From the human T2T-CHM13v2.0 reference genome, Homo sapiens: 64,000 nucleotides of DNA. The notes below the pieces were generated by a model. That model made no database searches. It was given only the letters and a program-made list of their open reading frames with translations, and was not told the origin of the DNA. The stretch is taken from NCBI RefSeq assembly GCF_009914755.1, contig NC_060931.1; one strand, given 5' to 3'. Below, piece after piece: positions 28,730 through 43,239 of this stretch (within the stretch, counting starts at the first letter, position 1; every line of letters begins with the position of its first letter). The translations under genes were made by a program, and so were the position numbers.

Positions 28730-30520
28730 ATCAACTTACGTGCAGAGGTTTGAGTTTGTTATATTACTCAATTCATAATTCATTTTCATCAACACTCTTA
28801 AAAGGTCCCTCTTTTATTTTAGTTAATTATTTATTTCCTTCTTCCCATTCCATGTTTTATTTCCATCCCCCAGGAGGCAACTATTGTATCCTGTTACCAG
28901 GTGCCTTCTTTGTATGTATTCTTAGAAAGTGTATACTATTGCTTTTTGTGCATATATTTCTAATTTATGTAAATAGTATTGAAGTTAAATCTCATCTCTT
29001 TCTTATCTTTTTCACTAAGAACTGGGTTTTTGAGTTCCCTCAATAGTCCTATGCACACATATAGTCTGCTGTTTCTGAGTGTTTTGTAATGTTAAGGTGT
29101 GGTTCCCCCACATTTTCTTTTTTTTTTTTTTTTTTTGGATCTTAAAGTGGAAAACATGTTTATTAACATTCAAACTCCCCTCATACAAGGCCATATAAAA
29201 ATCCTTAGCATTTTGATTATACATTAGTCTACATTTTCTACATAGTTACAATGATGTATAATTTAGCTTTTCATAATACAGTGTTTCAATACATCATTAG
29301 TTCTGTTAAACATAAGTCACTTACTTTCAAATCCAATACTTGAACAGTTTGCTCTGTACATAGTTTAGCAGGGCTAATTACCATAAGATGCTATGTGTTA
29401 AGAGGTATATGATCTGAGTATTAACAGTTGCTGAAGTTTGGTATTTTTATGCAGCATTTTCTTTTTGCTTTGATAACAACACTACAGAACCCTTAAGGAC
29501 ACTGAAAATTAGTAAGTAAAGTTCAGAAACATTAGCTGCTCAATCAAATCTCTACATAACACTATAGTAATTAAAACGTTAAAAAAAAGTGTTGAAATCT
29601 GCACTAGTATAGACCGCTCTTGTCAGGATAAGACTGCTTTGGAACAGAAAGGGAAAAAACAGCTTTGAGTTTCTTCGTGCTGATAGGAGGAAAGGCTGAA
29701 TTACCTTGTTGCCTCTCCCTAATGATTGGCAGGTCGGGTAAATGCCAGAACATATTCCAACTCAACAACTCTAGGTAACTTTATGGAGGTGGAAGCTGGG
29801 TTAGTTCATGCTAGGTGGCTGTAGCACTGACCTCATGTATAAAACTCAAAACACTTAAATACTGTGATCTAAGTCTTAATTGCAAGCTATACTGAGGATT
29901 TTTTTGTTTGTTTGTTTTGGCTATACTTTCATTCCAAAAGAAGAGCTGAATTGATGCTTGAGTTACAGCACCAGTCTATTATTAGTGAATGAAGTATACT
30001 CTTGCAGATAAATACCAGATCAAAAGTCCCGTTTCAGTAATTTGATTAAACTGTAGAATACTAAAAAATAAGGTATTTCTACAGAAATCTTTGAAGGGAG
30101 CAAAAAATCAAATTACAGTATATACCTAAATATTTTAAAGTGAAATAAACCAATCATCTTCTGAAAGTCAAACAGTATTTGCTATGTTGTAATCCCATTC
30201 ACCATTAGGCTGCAACTGGACCACGACATCATGTTTATTAATTTCATTTTCTGCATCACTACTGTCAGTATCTTCATTGTCGTCTTCCTATTTTCTTATC
30301 AACTCTCCCAGCGATGGATACCCAGATTGCTTCCAAGTCTCTATCACATCAAACAAATTGTTACCTTTTTGTACATGCCCTTTTTGGATCTGTGTAAGAA
30401 AATCGTTGGTATATATACACAACATAAGAATTACTGCTCTCCGAAATGGCTACATGTCTATACCAGCAATCCATGCCCCCATACCCTCACTTAGCATGAT
30501 CAACTTTTCCAATTTTGGTG
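28730..30520 (-). mobile_element. Old antisense L1M fragment split by the RNF13 retrocopy
   Basis: The two flanks join into one L1 3'-type sequence: CCCCACATTTTCTT|ATCAACTCTCCCAGCGATGGATACCCAGATTGCTTCCA. Outer boundaries approximate. Confidence 0.65.
29118..30289 (-). pseudogene. 5'-truncated processed pseudogene of RNF13 (last 39 codons, 3'UTR and poly-A)
   Basis: Minus strand 30287-30168 translates EDDNEDTDSSDAENEINKHDVVVQLQPNGEWDYNIANTV*, nearly identical to the RNF13 C-terminus as I recall it. It is followed by ~1.03 kb of UTR-like DNA, AATAAA (29164-29159), a poly-A 22 nt later (T-run 29118-29136) and an 8-bp TSD ATTTTCTT (29112-29119 and 30290-30297). Confidence 0.88.
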
Positions 30521-30965
30521 TCAGGTGCTTTAAATACAATATCTAATTTAATCCTTACCACAACTTTATCAAAGAGATGCTATTATTTTGGGAGTTTCTT
30601 TTAAAAATTCATATTTATCTGTGGAAACCCACACTGCAATAAATATATGGGTGGAAACAAAGGAATATGATCCATTTGAGTAACTGTAGCAACTGGTCAG
30701 TTCCCAAATGTTTTTGTGACTCAAGAGCTTAAGTCTCCTACTTAATATTGTTTATCCCCACATCTGCTGAATCAATCACCTTCCCTCACCAGAATGAAAA
30801 AGCTCAGTCCACCTCCTGTCTTAAGTTCCCTCGGAATTTCAAGGGAGCACCATCTGATGTATCAATTTCATGGGCTTGGCTGGTCAGGTGATTTATCTTG
30901 GAGGGATGGTGTTTCTCACCGAAACACTCTACAGTTTTTACTTAATTGCCTCCATTGAAGCCAGA

Positions 30966-31342
30966 TGATATGGTTAGGCTATGTGTCCCCACTCAAATCT
31001 CATCTTGAATTGTAATTCCCATAATCCCCATTTTTCAAGGGAGAAACCAGGTGGAGGTAATTGAATCATGGAGGCCGTTTCCCCCATGCTGTTCTCGTGA
31101 TAGTGAGTGAGTTCTCACAAGATCTGATAGTTTCATAAGGGGCTGTTCCCCCTTGGCTTGGCACTGCTCCTTCCTGCTACCTTGTGAAAAAGGTGCTTTG
31201 TTTCCCCTTCAGCTTCCACCATGATTGCAAGTTTCCTGAGGCCTCCCTGGCAATGCTGAACTGTGAGTCAATTAAACCTCTTTCCTTTAAAAATTATCCA
31301 ATCTTGGTAGTTGTTTATAGCAGTATGAAAACGGACTAATAC
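30966..31342 (+). mobile_element. THE1D-like (MaLR) solo LTR
   Basis: TGATATGGTTAGGCT...CAATTAAACCTCTTTCCTTTA...GGACTAATAC. Confidence 0.9.
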
Positions 31343-32065
31343 CACAAGCTACCTAAGAATTTTTCTGATTCCCTTTTGTAGGAAGTCACTTTTCATTGTC
31401 AAGTTAACATTTTGATGAAGGAGTGAAAATAACACAGCCAAGTAGCATGGGCCTCTCAAGATATCATTAACATTTTTACAAACAGCTTCTTTCTCCTCAG
31501 GATGCTTAAGAGTCCTCAGAGACCTTAGTTAAGAAGGATTCAGGTACAGCCTTTTCCAGTCCAGTGTCAATGTGTACTGTTGTTAGACTGTATTGCTAGG
31601 CCTGTGACAGTAAGACAGACTCTTCTCCTGTCTACAGCAGTTTGTTTGTTCCCTTAAAGTCTCTATTATCTTCTGCCTCCCCTTCCTCTATCCATCACCA
31701 TCCCAGCTTATGCTCTGTCAGCCTGGAAAGATATTCTGATTATCAAACAAAATATTAGATGTTGCTGATTGGCGGTATTTTTTATTTAGTGGCAAATTGT
31801 AATTATTTTTAGGCTAGGAGCCAGCATTTAAAAATTTAAAAATCTTGCATAAAAATCCATATTTCTGATTTCCCTAAAAATATGATGAAATGCAACACTA
31901 GGCATGCATTCCTGTGCGGAAATATTCCTCTGGAGTTGAAATGGAACAGATATTCTGATTTGTTTCAGACTTTTCTTTTACACGAATGATTCCTATAGGT
32001 ATTTTAGTTTCTAAAATCTCATATTTGTTTGAATCCTAAATATGTTCAAGATTCAGCTTTTTTTA

Positions 32066-32375
<310 letters not shown>

Positions 32376-33556
32376 TAAGACGTATGCTTTTTCTTTTTCT
32401 TAAAGCCATGCCCCATAAAATATCAGATAAGGCATGTAAATCCCAGAAGTGAAAGAGGCTTGTCACTTAACTTATACATTATGTAGCCAAATCCATTTCC
32501 TGATACATGAGTAATAATGGGAATTTATCAAAGTGATGATAGTAGCATTTTATAGTGATAAATGCTATCTGATTTAATTTATTATCATAGAAACAAGCAC
32601 TCTATGTTTTGAATTATAGGTATAAAATATTACTTCGATGTTGTTATTCATTGGTGCAATGAGCCCCAAGCAGTTTTTTACTAACAATATTCAGCATCAT
32701 GTGTTCTTTAATTTTCATAGTGCAATGTATAAACTTTTAAAGGAAAACACAGTTTTGGCATATAAACTTTAAGTGAAAACACAGTTTTGTTTTTGATGTT
32801 GCAACACAAGAAAAGATAAACAGAGAAAAATGGTGATATAAAAGAAAACCAACCCTAAAGCAAAAAGCACACACATAAAATCCTAGAAAAGATGTTGATG
32901 TTAGCAATGAATCCATCAGTGGGTCATGCATGATTTAGGAAAGATATCAGTCAATATCTGGTTACAATGCAGCTTTGCATACACCTGAGAGAAGTCACTG
33001 ACCCCACTATAGGTCGAATCCTAGAAGTGAAGCTGCAGAGTTTATAAGCTTTACCTGATCTATTATTTTGGAAAATCATTCTCAAACTGACAGATAGATT
33101 TTAAGAAATAATTTGTAAGACCCATTCTAATTTGACATTCAATTTGATTTGGGAATTATTATTTTACTGTGGATGTATAAATTATTCAAATGTATATGCT
33201 AGAGCATGTGCATGTATATATAGACTATACAAATATGTATACATATTTATTATATATATATAATAAAATACAAATTCATTTAGGATCATCTATCAGGAAA
33301 GATTTTCATGACTAATTCCCTTATCAATATGACTAGAATAGATAATCCCTCATCCATAATTCAGAATAATGCATTACGGTTATTACATAACTTACGAGAT
33401 ATAGGCTGGGCTTCTTTTTACAATATTAGCATCCCTTCTTACTCATTTTTCATTATTATGTAAAATGAAGGCTTCTTTAAACTTTAGTTTTACTGCATAT
33501 TATTCTGTATTCCCCTAAATACTGGCTTCAAAATGATCATTTCCAGTTAAACACAC

Positions 33557-34033
33557 TGTTTAGGGGTTAATTCTCCATAGCGTTTTTATACATCTTTTGA
33601 CGGCTTTTGTTCCAGAATATCTTTTCAAATAGCCTGAAAAGATAGAGACAGAATCTCCCTCCAGGGCAAATGGAAGATTTGTTTCCTGACCAGGATAGTA
33701 AAGATTCGATCTCCCCCTAGACAAAGTTTAGACAGTTTTGCTAACAGCCCCCTTATAAGATTGGGAGTTTCCTAAGCTTGGAGTCCCTCAGGTGTGACAC
33801 GTATCCACTGAGTGCGGTGTCTACCTAGGCTGCCACGCATCACCCCCTGCAGGACCGGAGGGGCAAGGACACTGATGGAAACAAGAAGCTCTTGCTGCCT
33901 GCTGTGCCATGAGTAATAGTCTTTCGTCTCTGACCCAAGAGTCTAATGTTTTCTGACAGCATCTATGTAACTGTGACAGGCTAACCTGTCTTGAGAGCAA
34001 GATAAAATCTCAGACCCTTCACAGTTTTTGTCA
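33557..34033 (+). mobile_element. LTR40-like (ERVL) solo LTR
   Basis: TG...CA termini; the 3' end TAAAATCTCAGACCCTTCACAGTTTTTGTCA resembles the LTR40 consensus as recalled. Confidence 0.7.
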
Positions 34034-36148
34034 CAAAGATAAGATATTATGTGATGGTGAAGACAATAATGGCTTTTCTAGGATTGCCAGAACATGCATT
34101 GTTCCTAGCAGCAAAACTAATAATGGCAATTGCTGTAAGAATAACAAAACTATTCTTTCAGGTGCATTTCCCAAAGAGTTTCACAACAAAATCTTTGCTG
34201 ATATTTTTTCAACGGACAGTATTTCTCACTCCTTTGATCCCTCATAGTGTTCTTATTTTCTCTATCTAGGATAGCGATGATTTGTGTACTTAATTTTAGC
34301 TCTCTTATTAGACTATAAATTACAGAGGGCAAGGCAGTGACTTATTTCTGTCTCACTACCAGTGCCTATCTGGCACAGTGTCTTAAGCACAGTCTCTGCT
34401 TTTCAACGTCCATTGATTGGCTTGTATCAGTCAATATGCCTTTTATCACATTCTTAGTGAAGTCAGTCTGTCAAAGGAGATTACAGTAAAGTTTGAGAAA
34501 TCAGGTTCATTGACATGAAAATGCTGTAACATGTTAAATGAATAAAACAAGTAAAATTTTCCAGTTTAATCGGAAGGAAATACTGTAGGATTTTAGCAAT
34601 AACCCCGGCTCTGAAAGACTTGTAGGATTTCTGAGGAAAGGTAGATGGATGTTTAACAGATCACTCTTGAGTAGATGGAAGAAAGACAGAAAAGTATGAA
34701 CACTCTCTACAGTAAAGTTCAACACATGGGGACCCTCCAAAGGAATAACAGAAATATAGGTTTACCAAAGTTTTTTGGTTGTTATTTTGGTTTGTTTGGT
34801 ATTTTAAAACAGTTTAATAGGCTCAGGACTGCAACCAAACGTTAACTCAGGTGACAATATATGGCAAAGAAAGACCTCACTGGAAATGGAAAGTTATTTT
34901 TAAAGCCATCACGTAAAAATGTTCTGCCAAGCTAGTAAGGGAAATGATTTCCTTCATTTGTTTTGGCAGTCAGGATGCCTTTTGGTTCTGCTCCAGAGTT
35001 TAGCATCAACAAAACCCCATAAAATTAAGCTATTTGTTCTGCACAAAACATTTTTAAAGGCAGTTAAACAACAGGGTATAATGTGATTTCCAAAATCTCT
35101 GTACCAAAAAAGATACAAAAGCAAAAGGTTAAATACACATCATTTCATCACAATACCCCTACAATATAATTTAATCATTCCGCTGCACATTAACAAGCCA
35201 TTTACTATTCTTGCATATTTCAACGGAGAAAAATAAAATAAAGTATAAATTAAATTACAAGGTAATTTTTTTCTGGACTCCCTACTGAGTCACATAATTA
35301 TACCAGGATTAAGGATCTAACAGCTTATTGTTACAAGACGTTATGACACTCAGAGATTTAGGAGAGTGCAAACAAACTAACGAATATGAAATAATTTTTT
35401 AATTGTCTAAAAATTAGATTATCTTTTTATTTAAAGAGTAAATAAAACAATTCAGTTAATATAAGTCTATCTTCATAGAATATATTTTAAGTGACTAAGC
35501 CTCTATAATTTTATCTTATATTCTCTTCCTATTTCTATTATTCTAATGAAAAGTGTTTGCCTATATTTGGGGTTTTCTTTCTGTATTTACATCTATGTGT
35601 GGCACCAGTGTCCATCAATGTACATCTTAATTATAGATCCTATAAATATTATTAAAAACAAGAAAATATATTTTGAATAGAACACATTAAAATAGTCTTA
35701 ATGGTTTATAAATGATAATCTTTAACCTGACACACATTATCTGTCATTATGTTTATGCCTTTATACTTAATTATAATAACTGTCATTACTCAAGCAGTTT
35801 ATATGCCAGAATTATAATATTTTGAACTATAGACAAAATTTGTATTTTAAAAAGCTTATTCTCCTAAGCATTTGAACTAGAAAAATATGATAACTACACA
35901 CAAACATTTGTAGCCTGATGCATGGCCTTTTGTATGGATAAAATTTACTCAATTGGTATAATTAATGTGAAATGCCATCTGACATTTATGTACAAATTGT
36001 ACATAAATGCCTTTCTTCTACTCGATAAAAAATTAAATTCTAAAATACAAGAACTTTTTACACCTTTGATACAATAAAGTTGAATAAATGAGAAAGGCAT
36101 AAATATTTTTATAAACAGAATTATCTAACAGAACTATAATATATATAG

Positions 36149-36473
<325 letters not shown>

Positions 36474-37814
36474 AATTTTAGCTTTAAATTATAGTAGTGA
36501 GAATAATTTTAGAAAAACAAGCTGAAATTTAGAAAGATAAAAACTATAGATCAAAGTTTCTGAAACTGAAAGTTTATTACCAAATATGAAATATTCTATG
36601 AGTTCCCCAAAATATGGCTTAAATATAAACATTTTCATTTTTTATTTTTTCATGAAATGAAAAAAAGAAAATAAAATTTTATACATTAAACAAGTATTCA
36701 TATCTTCCAGAGAATAATTTTGACTTATTTTTTAGGAAGTCTTAGTAATTTTCAAATGTGTACAGATTGCAAGGGGCTATTCATACAGAACATAGACAGG
36801 ATAATCTGTTACCTGTGGTTGAATACTGGCGTCTTCTGGGGCTCTCAGCCCTTATTATAAGTAAACAAAGGGTGTACAGTTACATCTAATACCAGTCGGT
36901 GGTTCTTCTCTACTACTGTCACTAGCAACTAATTGTTCTACTAGTTCATAACCATTACTAGGGTAAAATGCAGCCATGCAAAGGGAATAAGAGCCAAGGA
37001 GAAAGAAACACCTCATAACAAAAGCAGAACTAGCAAAACTAATGGCACACTGAAGACCAATATGGGAGACAGGAAGTTGATCTCAAAGCAATAACCTGGT
37101 TCTCAGTGATGGCTTCTAATACAGATGTACCTGGTTTTAAATTCTAACTGCTACTTACTGGCCTCATGGCTCTATTCTCATTTTCCATCCATTTATTCAT
37201 CATGCTGCTGCCAAAGTAATCACTAAACTACAATTCTAATTATTTATGCCCATATTGAGAATCCACCAGTGACTCCTGCATTGCCTAGAAGATTCCGTTT
37301 CAACAGCATTGCAGTCAGTATTCTTCACGAACTAGTCTGTGGTTTCCATCCTTAACCCTTACTGCATACCCTCTTCCCACCCACATGTCGCCAACCCATC
37401 TATTTACTTCAGCCGAAAACATCAGTCATTATTCTATACTGCTCTAAAATTTCTGTCCTTCCTACCCCTGCTTTCTCTGTTCTCACTCTCAATCAAAATT
37501 CTATTATTCAAAGCCCAATTTAAAGTATATCTCCTCCAGGAACCACTCCTCCGAAACTTTCTTAGCATTTTATTTGAACCTTTATTGTCTATTCAAATTG
37601 TGCCACCTATGGCACATGTATATCTATCTATCTTGTCTACTGTATTATAAATATTTTAGGGTAGGCACTGTTTTATTCATTTTTGCTTACTTCATATCCC
37701 CATATATGTTTCTAGAACTTAGTTAAGTAACACCTAAAAATATGTAATACTTCTATCCCTCACTTTCTATGGTAGCACATTAGAATCATCTAGCTTCAGT
37801 TATAACAATGAAGA

Positions 37815-38056
37815 TAGTAAATATTAAGGCGGTGCTTACTATGTTCCAGGCACTGTTCTGGGCACTTAATAACTCACCTAATCTTCTCACAAAAGCTAAG
37901 AGAAAGATACTATGGATATCTGTTCTTACAGTTAAGAGAACTGAGAAACAGAGCTGTGGACTAATTTGCCCGGAATCTCTCATTTAATAAGAGGTAGTGT
38001 TCAGATGGGAGCCCTAACAATGTGGCTATAGAATCCGTGTTCTTTGCTGTTACACT
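37815..38056 (-). mobile_element. MIR
   Basis: CTTACTATGTTCCAGGCACTGTTCT...TTACAGTTAAGAGAACTGAGAAACAGAG core. Confidence 0.7.
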
Positions 38057-38408
38057 CTGGTCTCTGCTCTCTTCAAAAAGTCCTCTAATATAATTGAATT
38101 AAAATAAGTTAAAATGAAAACTAAAATTAACATGTTGGCTTCAATTGTTAAACACAATAAGGAAACACAAATACATAAGATCTAGTGCTTCTTTTTGGTA
38201 AATATAAATAAATATGATGAATATGAATAACTAAAAAAGTTTTTCTCATAGAAAAGAGAAAATGGCAGAAAAATGCTTTCAACACTTTCAGGTGCAATGT
38301 GGAAAATCTTACCATGCATAATATTCAGAGGAATTTTATTTTTGGTTAATACTAATTTTAGCTGACTAAACAATATTATCACAACCACTATTTTAAAATG
38401 CCATTATA

Positions 38409-38697
38409 GGCTGGGCACAGTGGCTCACGCCTGTAATCCTAGCACTTTGAGAGACCTAGGCAGGTAGATTACCTGAGGTCAGGAGTTCGAGACCAGCCTG
38501 GCCAACATGGTGAAACTGTCTCCACCAAAATTACAAAACAAAATTAGCTGGGTGTGGTGGCACACACTTGTAGGGGCCAAGGCAGGAGAATCAATTGAAC
38601 CCTAGAGGCAGAGGGTGCAGTGAGCCGAGTTCGTGCCACTGTACTCCAGCCTGGGTGACAGAGTGAGACTCTGTCTAAAATAAATAAATAAATAAAA
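38409..38697 (+). mobile_element. Alu (AluS-like) with a short right-arm deletion
   Basis: Dimer with (TAAA)n tail; lacks the TCCCAGCTACTC segment. Confidence 0.92.
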
Positions 38698-40197
38698 CGC
38701 TATTAGTATTAAGATGTTTTAAAGTCACAGGGAATGTTTTTTCTATACTTTTTTTTTCTTCAAAGAATTGTTTGAATTACAGCTAACAGAATAGTTGTGT
38801 AAATAGTGGGTTGGCTGTAACAAAATAGCAAGATATTTTGTAGTTATTATTTTTGTTTTTGGATTTCCCTAAATATATTTTTGATATAGCTAAAATATTC
38901 AATTTTCTATGAATTGCTTTTTTAGCTATTTAAAACTTAACAATTTTACTGAATCTATTTAAGTCTTCTTAGACTTAAGTTCAATTAAATTTTACCAGCA
39001 ACTGAAGTTTAAATAACTATGCATTATGTAGAAATAAAATTTAATTCTGCTTAATGAAAGCTCCTAACCAGAAAATCTAGTCATAACATAATAAAATATC
39101 ATTATCTCTTCTGGTCGCATCTTGAAATTACAAGTTATAAATAAATTGCAGGGAATGGGTGTGGGAAGAAACATATACATTTATTTTCAAATTATCTATT
39201 AATAGATTAGATGTTCTTCCTCAATATAAAACTATATTTAATAATTGAATAGTAAGTGAAAGAAAACTTAATGAGGACTCTTTTAATAAAAGAAAAATGA
39301 ACGGCAATTTAAACATGAATAGCCATGAATGCCAATGGTTAGAGCCCCATCCCAATTTAGAGACTTTGAAGCTTATAAACACTTTTTTTTAAGAGACAAA
39401 TGCAGATGTGGGTTGAATCTATGGTCAATCAAGCGAAAAATGTCTACGAGGATGTTTTGTTTTTCCCTTTCCAAGTATTCTATCCATACAAGATCCTGAT
39501 ATTGTCACATTATGATCAGAAAGTCTCAGATGCTTTAATTTTTTACTTAGACAATAGTTTTCTTTAGTTCAGCCCAAGGTCTTTTTGCACTAAAGGACAC
39601 TAGAGAAAGCAAAATAAATAAATAAATAAATAAAACAAAAACACGTTTTTTTTCAATTTCTTAAAACGTTAAATCAGAATTTGATTGAAATCAAAATTCT
39701 CATCTAAGAAGTCTTACATTATCTGGGGATTTTAGAGACTTTTACATAGAGTAAAATGCAAAAACTATTCTCTTTGAGGAGGTGGGAGATTCTCACATTA
39801 GATAACGCAAATGGAGTTACTAAATTGGAAGTTTTAGAGTGAAGAGTATGCTTTAGCATCAGCACTGAGTTTTGCAATTTATAGTGAGGGTTTAGGGTCT
39901 TTAATGAATGTTATATACGTGCAACAGAGCAGAAGTTCATTGGGAAAGAGTATGATCACATGGTCTGGGAAATGCAGTGAGTTAAATAATTTAGAAAGCA
40001 AAGCCATTATCTAAAAACACTAATACAATACAATAAGTTTATTAAATTACAGATTCTTATCTATTTCAAAGTTGTATGGAAAAATTATTCTTATAAGTGT
40101 GCATATTCATATAAGTTCTGGTTATTATTTAGAAAATAATTATTTAGTACCACATATAGGACTGGTATTTCCAAGACCAGCAAGGATAGTTAATACC

Positions 40198-40359
40198 CCA
40201 GCATTTCACAACCCTCATGCACATTACAATCACCTGGGAGAGTTTCAAAAAGTACCACTATTTAGTCCTCACATCAGTTTAGAGGTAGAGCCTAAACACA
40301 GATATTATTTACACAATCCTTAGGTGTTTACTAATGTGCAGCCAAGGTTGCAATTACTG
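40198..40359. mobile_element. MER5-like hAT element
   Basis: GCACATTACAATCACCTGGGAGAG...AATGTGCAGCCAAGGTTG motifs. Confidence 0.65.
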
Positions 40360-40534
40360 CCACACTGTGAAACAGGATTCTTACCCTGTTTGCCAGAGGA
40401 GAAGTGGGTAGGTGGTGGATAGGTGGCTTGGGATGTAAGGGTAAGAAGAAGGGAGACAAAATTAACCTAAACGAAATTCAACAATAACTAGTCTGAAAGT
40501 GGCTGTGATAATAAGCACAGTAAGATTTGCAAGA

Positions 40535-40838
40535 GGCCAGGCGCAGTGGCCCACGTCTGTAATCCCGGCACTTTGGGAGGCCGAGGCGGGTGGATCACGA
40601 GGTCAGGAGATTGAGACCATCCCAGCTAACAGGGTGAAATCCCGTCTCTACTAAAAATACAAAAAATTAGCCGGGTGTGGTGGCGGGTGCCTGTAGTCCC
40701 AGCTACTCAGGGGCTGAGGCAGAAGAATGGCGTGAACCCAGGAGGCGGAGCTTGTAGTGAGCCGAGATTGCACCACTGCACTCCAGCCTGCGCGACAGAG
40801 CCACACTCCGTCTCAAAAAAAAAAAAAAAAAAAAAAAA
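40535..40838 (+). mobile_element. AluY
   Basis: AGAATGGCGTGAACCC and GGAGCTTG diagnostic positions, long A tail, TSD ATTTGCAAGA. Confidence 0.93.
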
Positions 40839-41321
40839 TTTGCAAGAAAGCAGACCAGTGAAGAGAACAGATTTACTGGTGGAAGATGTTAGGATTAGCA
40901 ACAGACACACTTTCACTCTTTCATTACATCTTCAAAGATGAACATAACACAATGCCTACTCTTAGGGACCCATCTTATAAGTAAACTGACAGCCGAACAG
41001 CCAATGTTAATACAATATGGGAATAAAAATCAGATCTTGGAATAAGGAAGGACAAGGAGAACCTTCTCCAAATCTAGGTTAAAAGAGAAAGAAAATAGAT
41101 TTTAAAAAATTGGATATGTTTGAAGGTTATTCCAGGGAAGGGGAGTTGTAAGGATACAGAGGTATGAAAAAGAGCAAATAGACGAAATGGTCTGACTAGC
41201 AATGTGTTACTGGTGGACAAGTAGAGATTAGGCTAAGAAGGTAGAGGAGAGTAAGTCATGAAGAACTATATTTGCTCAGCTCAAAAAATTTAGAATGCTT
41301 TCTAAAGTGAAAATTATGGAT

Positions 41322-41836
41322 CAGGAGTTAACTGGGGCCTGAAAAAAGAATTCAGGGAATGTCCCAACTCAGAAATCAGAAAAAAAAAAAAGTCATTATT
41401 GCATTAATCATTAACTTCTAACTGAAATTTAGCATTTCTATCAGATAATATATAAATGTAGAAGGCAAACTATAGTAGTAGTAGTAGTATCTGCGGTTTC
41501 ATTACCAAGAGAAAATATATTTCAATGTTACTTTAGAGTTGTTGCAATTATCTCAAAACATCATTAACACTCATTATTAATTGGAAATGTGGGTTATTAT
41601 GAGTGAGACCTGTTGCTAGGTTTTATCACTTAATATGTTAATAAATAAGGTATGTGTCATCATATCATAAATTACCATTTTAATATCATAATAGCTGTAT
41701 TAAAAATATTTATAGTTTGATAACTTTAATATTTTACTTTGTAATTCTACATATTTACTTTATGCATTTAAGGGTCCCTAGGTTTTGCCAGACTGCCAAA
41801 TGAATCCATGTCTCACAAGGAAATTAAGCACCCCTA
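41322..41836. mobile_element. hAT-Charlie relic (MER113-like)
   Basis: Ends resemble CAGG...TTAACTGGGG and CCAGACTGCCAAA...TTAAGCACCCCT. Confidence 0.55.
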
Positions 41837-42229
41837 GACAAACTACATTTGTGGTTGATTTTTATAGACAGAAAAAGAAGAAATAATAATGTAGAAAAGA
41901 CAGAAAATAACCCTTAAGAAAGGTCAACAAGCTGGGACCCAGAGCATGGGCTTAAGGAGTGACATTTCATAAAAGGAGGGAGTACTGACAATATAACAAG
42001 GAAGGAGGTGGGAAACATCATGTGGAAACAATAGATTTGGTGATGGGAGGGTGAGGATCAACATGTTCAATGGCTCCCATTTTCTAAATGAAGTTAAAAT
42101 TGAAGGTTATTTATCTTCCCTGAAGAGATCATCAGGACTAATCCATCATGACGTACCGCTGTTGACCATAGTCACCATGGGAAGTATTGACCCGACCCAC
42201 TTCCAGGTCAACAGTGAATACTTGGACTC

Positions 42230-43010
42230 ATACATCACATGGCTCTGTACCACCCCCAATCTGACCCCACCTTTCCAAGACCTCAAACCCATCTGTGAAA
42301 TCCTTTGGAATGTCATGGACAAAATCCCTGCAACTTCAATCTTTCTCTCCCCATTTTCCTTTACCTTCTTGCTCTGGTTAAAATCAGGCTGTCCCTTGAG
42401 AACACTGTTTCTCTATCAGATATGGTGGTGGCTTTTTTACTCTAAACCCACATGTGAGGAAAATATTTTCACTGACCACTCTCGCCTTCTCACTAATTTT
42501 TTCCTCTCTAAATTCACCTACTCAATAAAGATTTAAAATAATAAAACCCTAGCTGCTTTAAACTTCATATGGTCACAATCATACCACCTGCTACCTTCCT
42601 CCTTGTCATCTACCATCATCCATTGCTACTTTCTCCTCATTAATTGAATATGTTTTCACCTAGCTTACTATCCTTCTCTTCACATAGATGATTCATCAAC
42701 CATCACAATTGCAAGTCAATGCCTGTCCATCTGTTTCAATGACCTCGTCCTTCAAATCAGCCTGAGGTACATGCTCTGATGTTACTTTACCAGTTCTGCA
42801 GTGTAACTAGTCAAAACTGGTCATTGAGCCTTGAAAAATGGATAGTGGGCATTTAATTTTGCTATCTTCTTAAATATCACCTCCCTAGAAAATATTTTCT
42901 TGACCACCCTACTCTCCTCACCAACCTCTACTGTCTTACCTCCACTAAGTTGTTTTATTTTCTTTATAACATGTATCATATCTGGCATTATAATATTATT
43001 TTATTTTTCC
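42230..43010 (+). mobile_element. L2 fragments
   Basis: Pyrimidine-rich, decayed L2 ORF2-like sequence and an L2 3'-type segment. Boundaries approximate. Confidence 0.55.
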
Positions 43011-43239
43011 AGTGTATTTCCTAATTCTATACTCAATGTGTTCTGAAATAATTCTAGGGTTATTAAAATTATGATCAAATAAAGCTAAGAATAATTAAAA
43101 ATAATATTATAGTTGCTAAGATAGAGAGGTATTGGTGCAGAGCTAAATAAATGAATCAAGGGAAGAGTGTTGAGGAATGTGGGGATTGAGCAGAACAACA
43201 GAGTAAGTGTGAGAGAGTGTGTGAGTTCATTGGGAATTC

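Noticed and set aside
42051-42536. 161-aa ORF
   Set aside because: GTG start, overlaps decayed L2-like sequence, no coherent domain.
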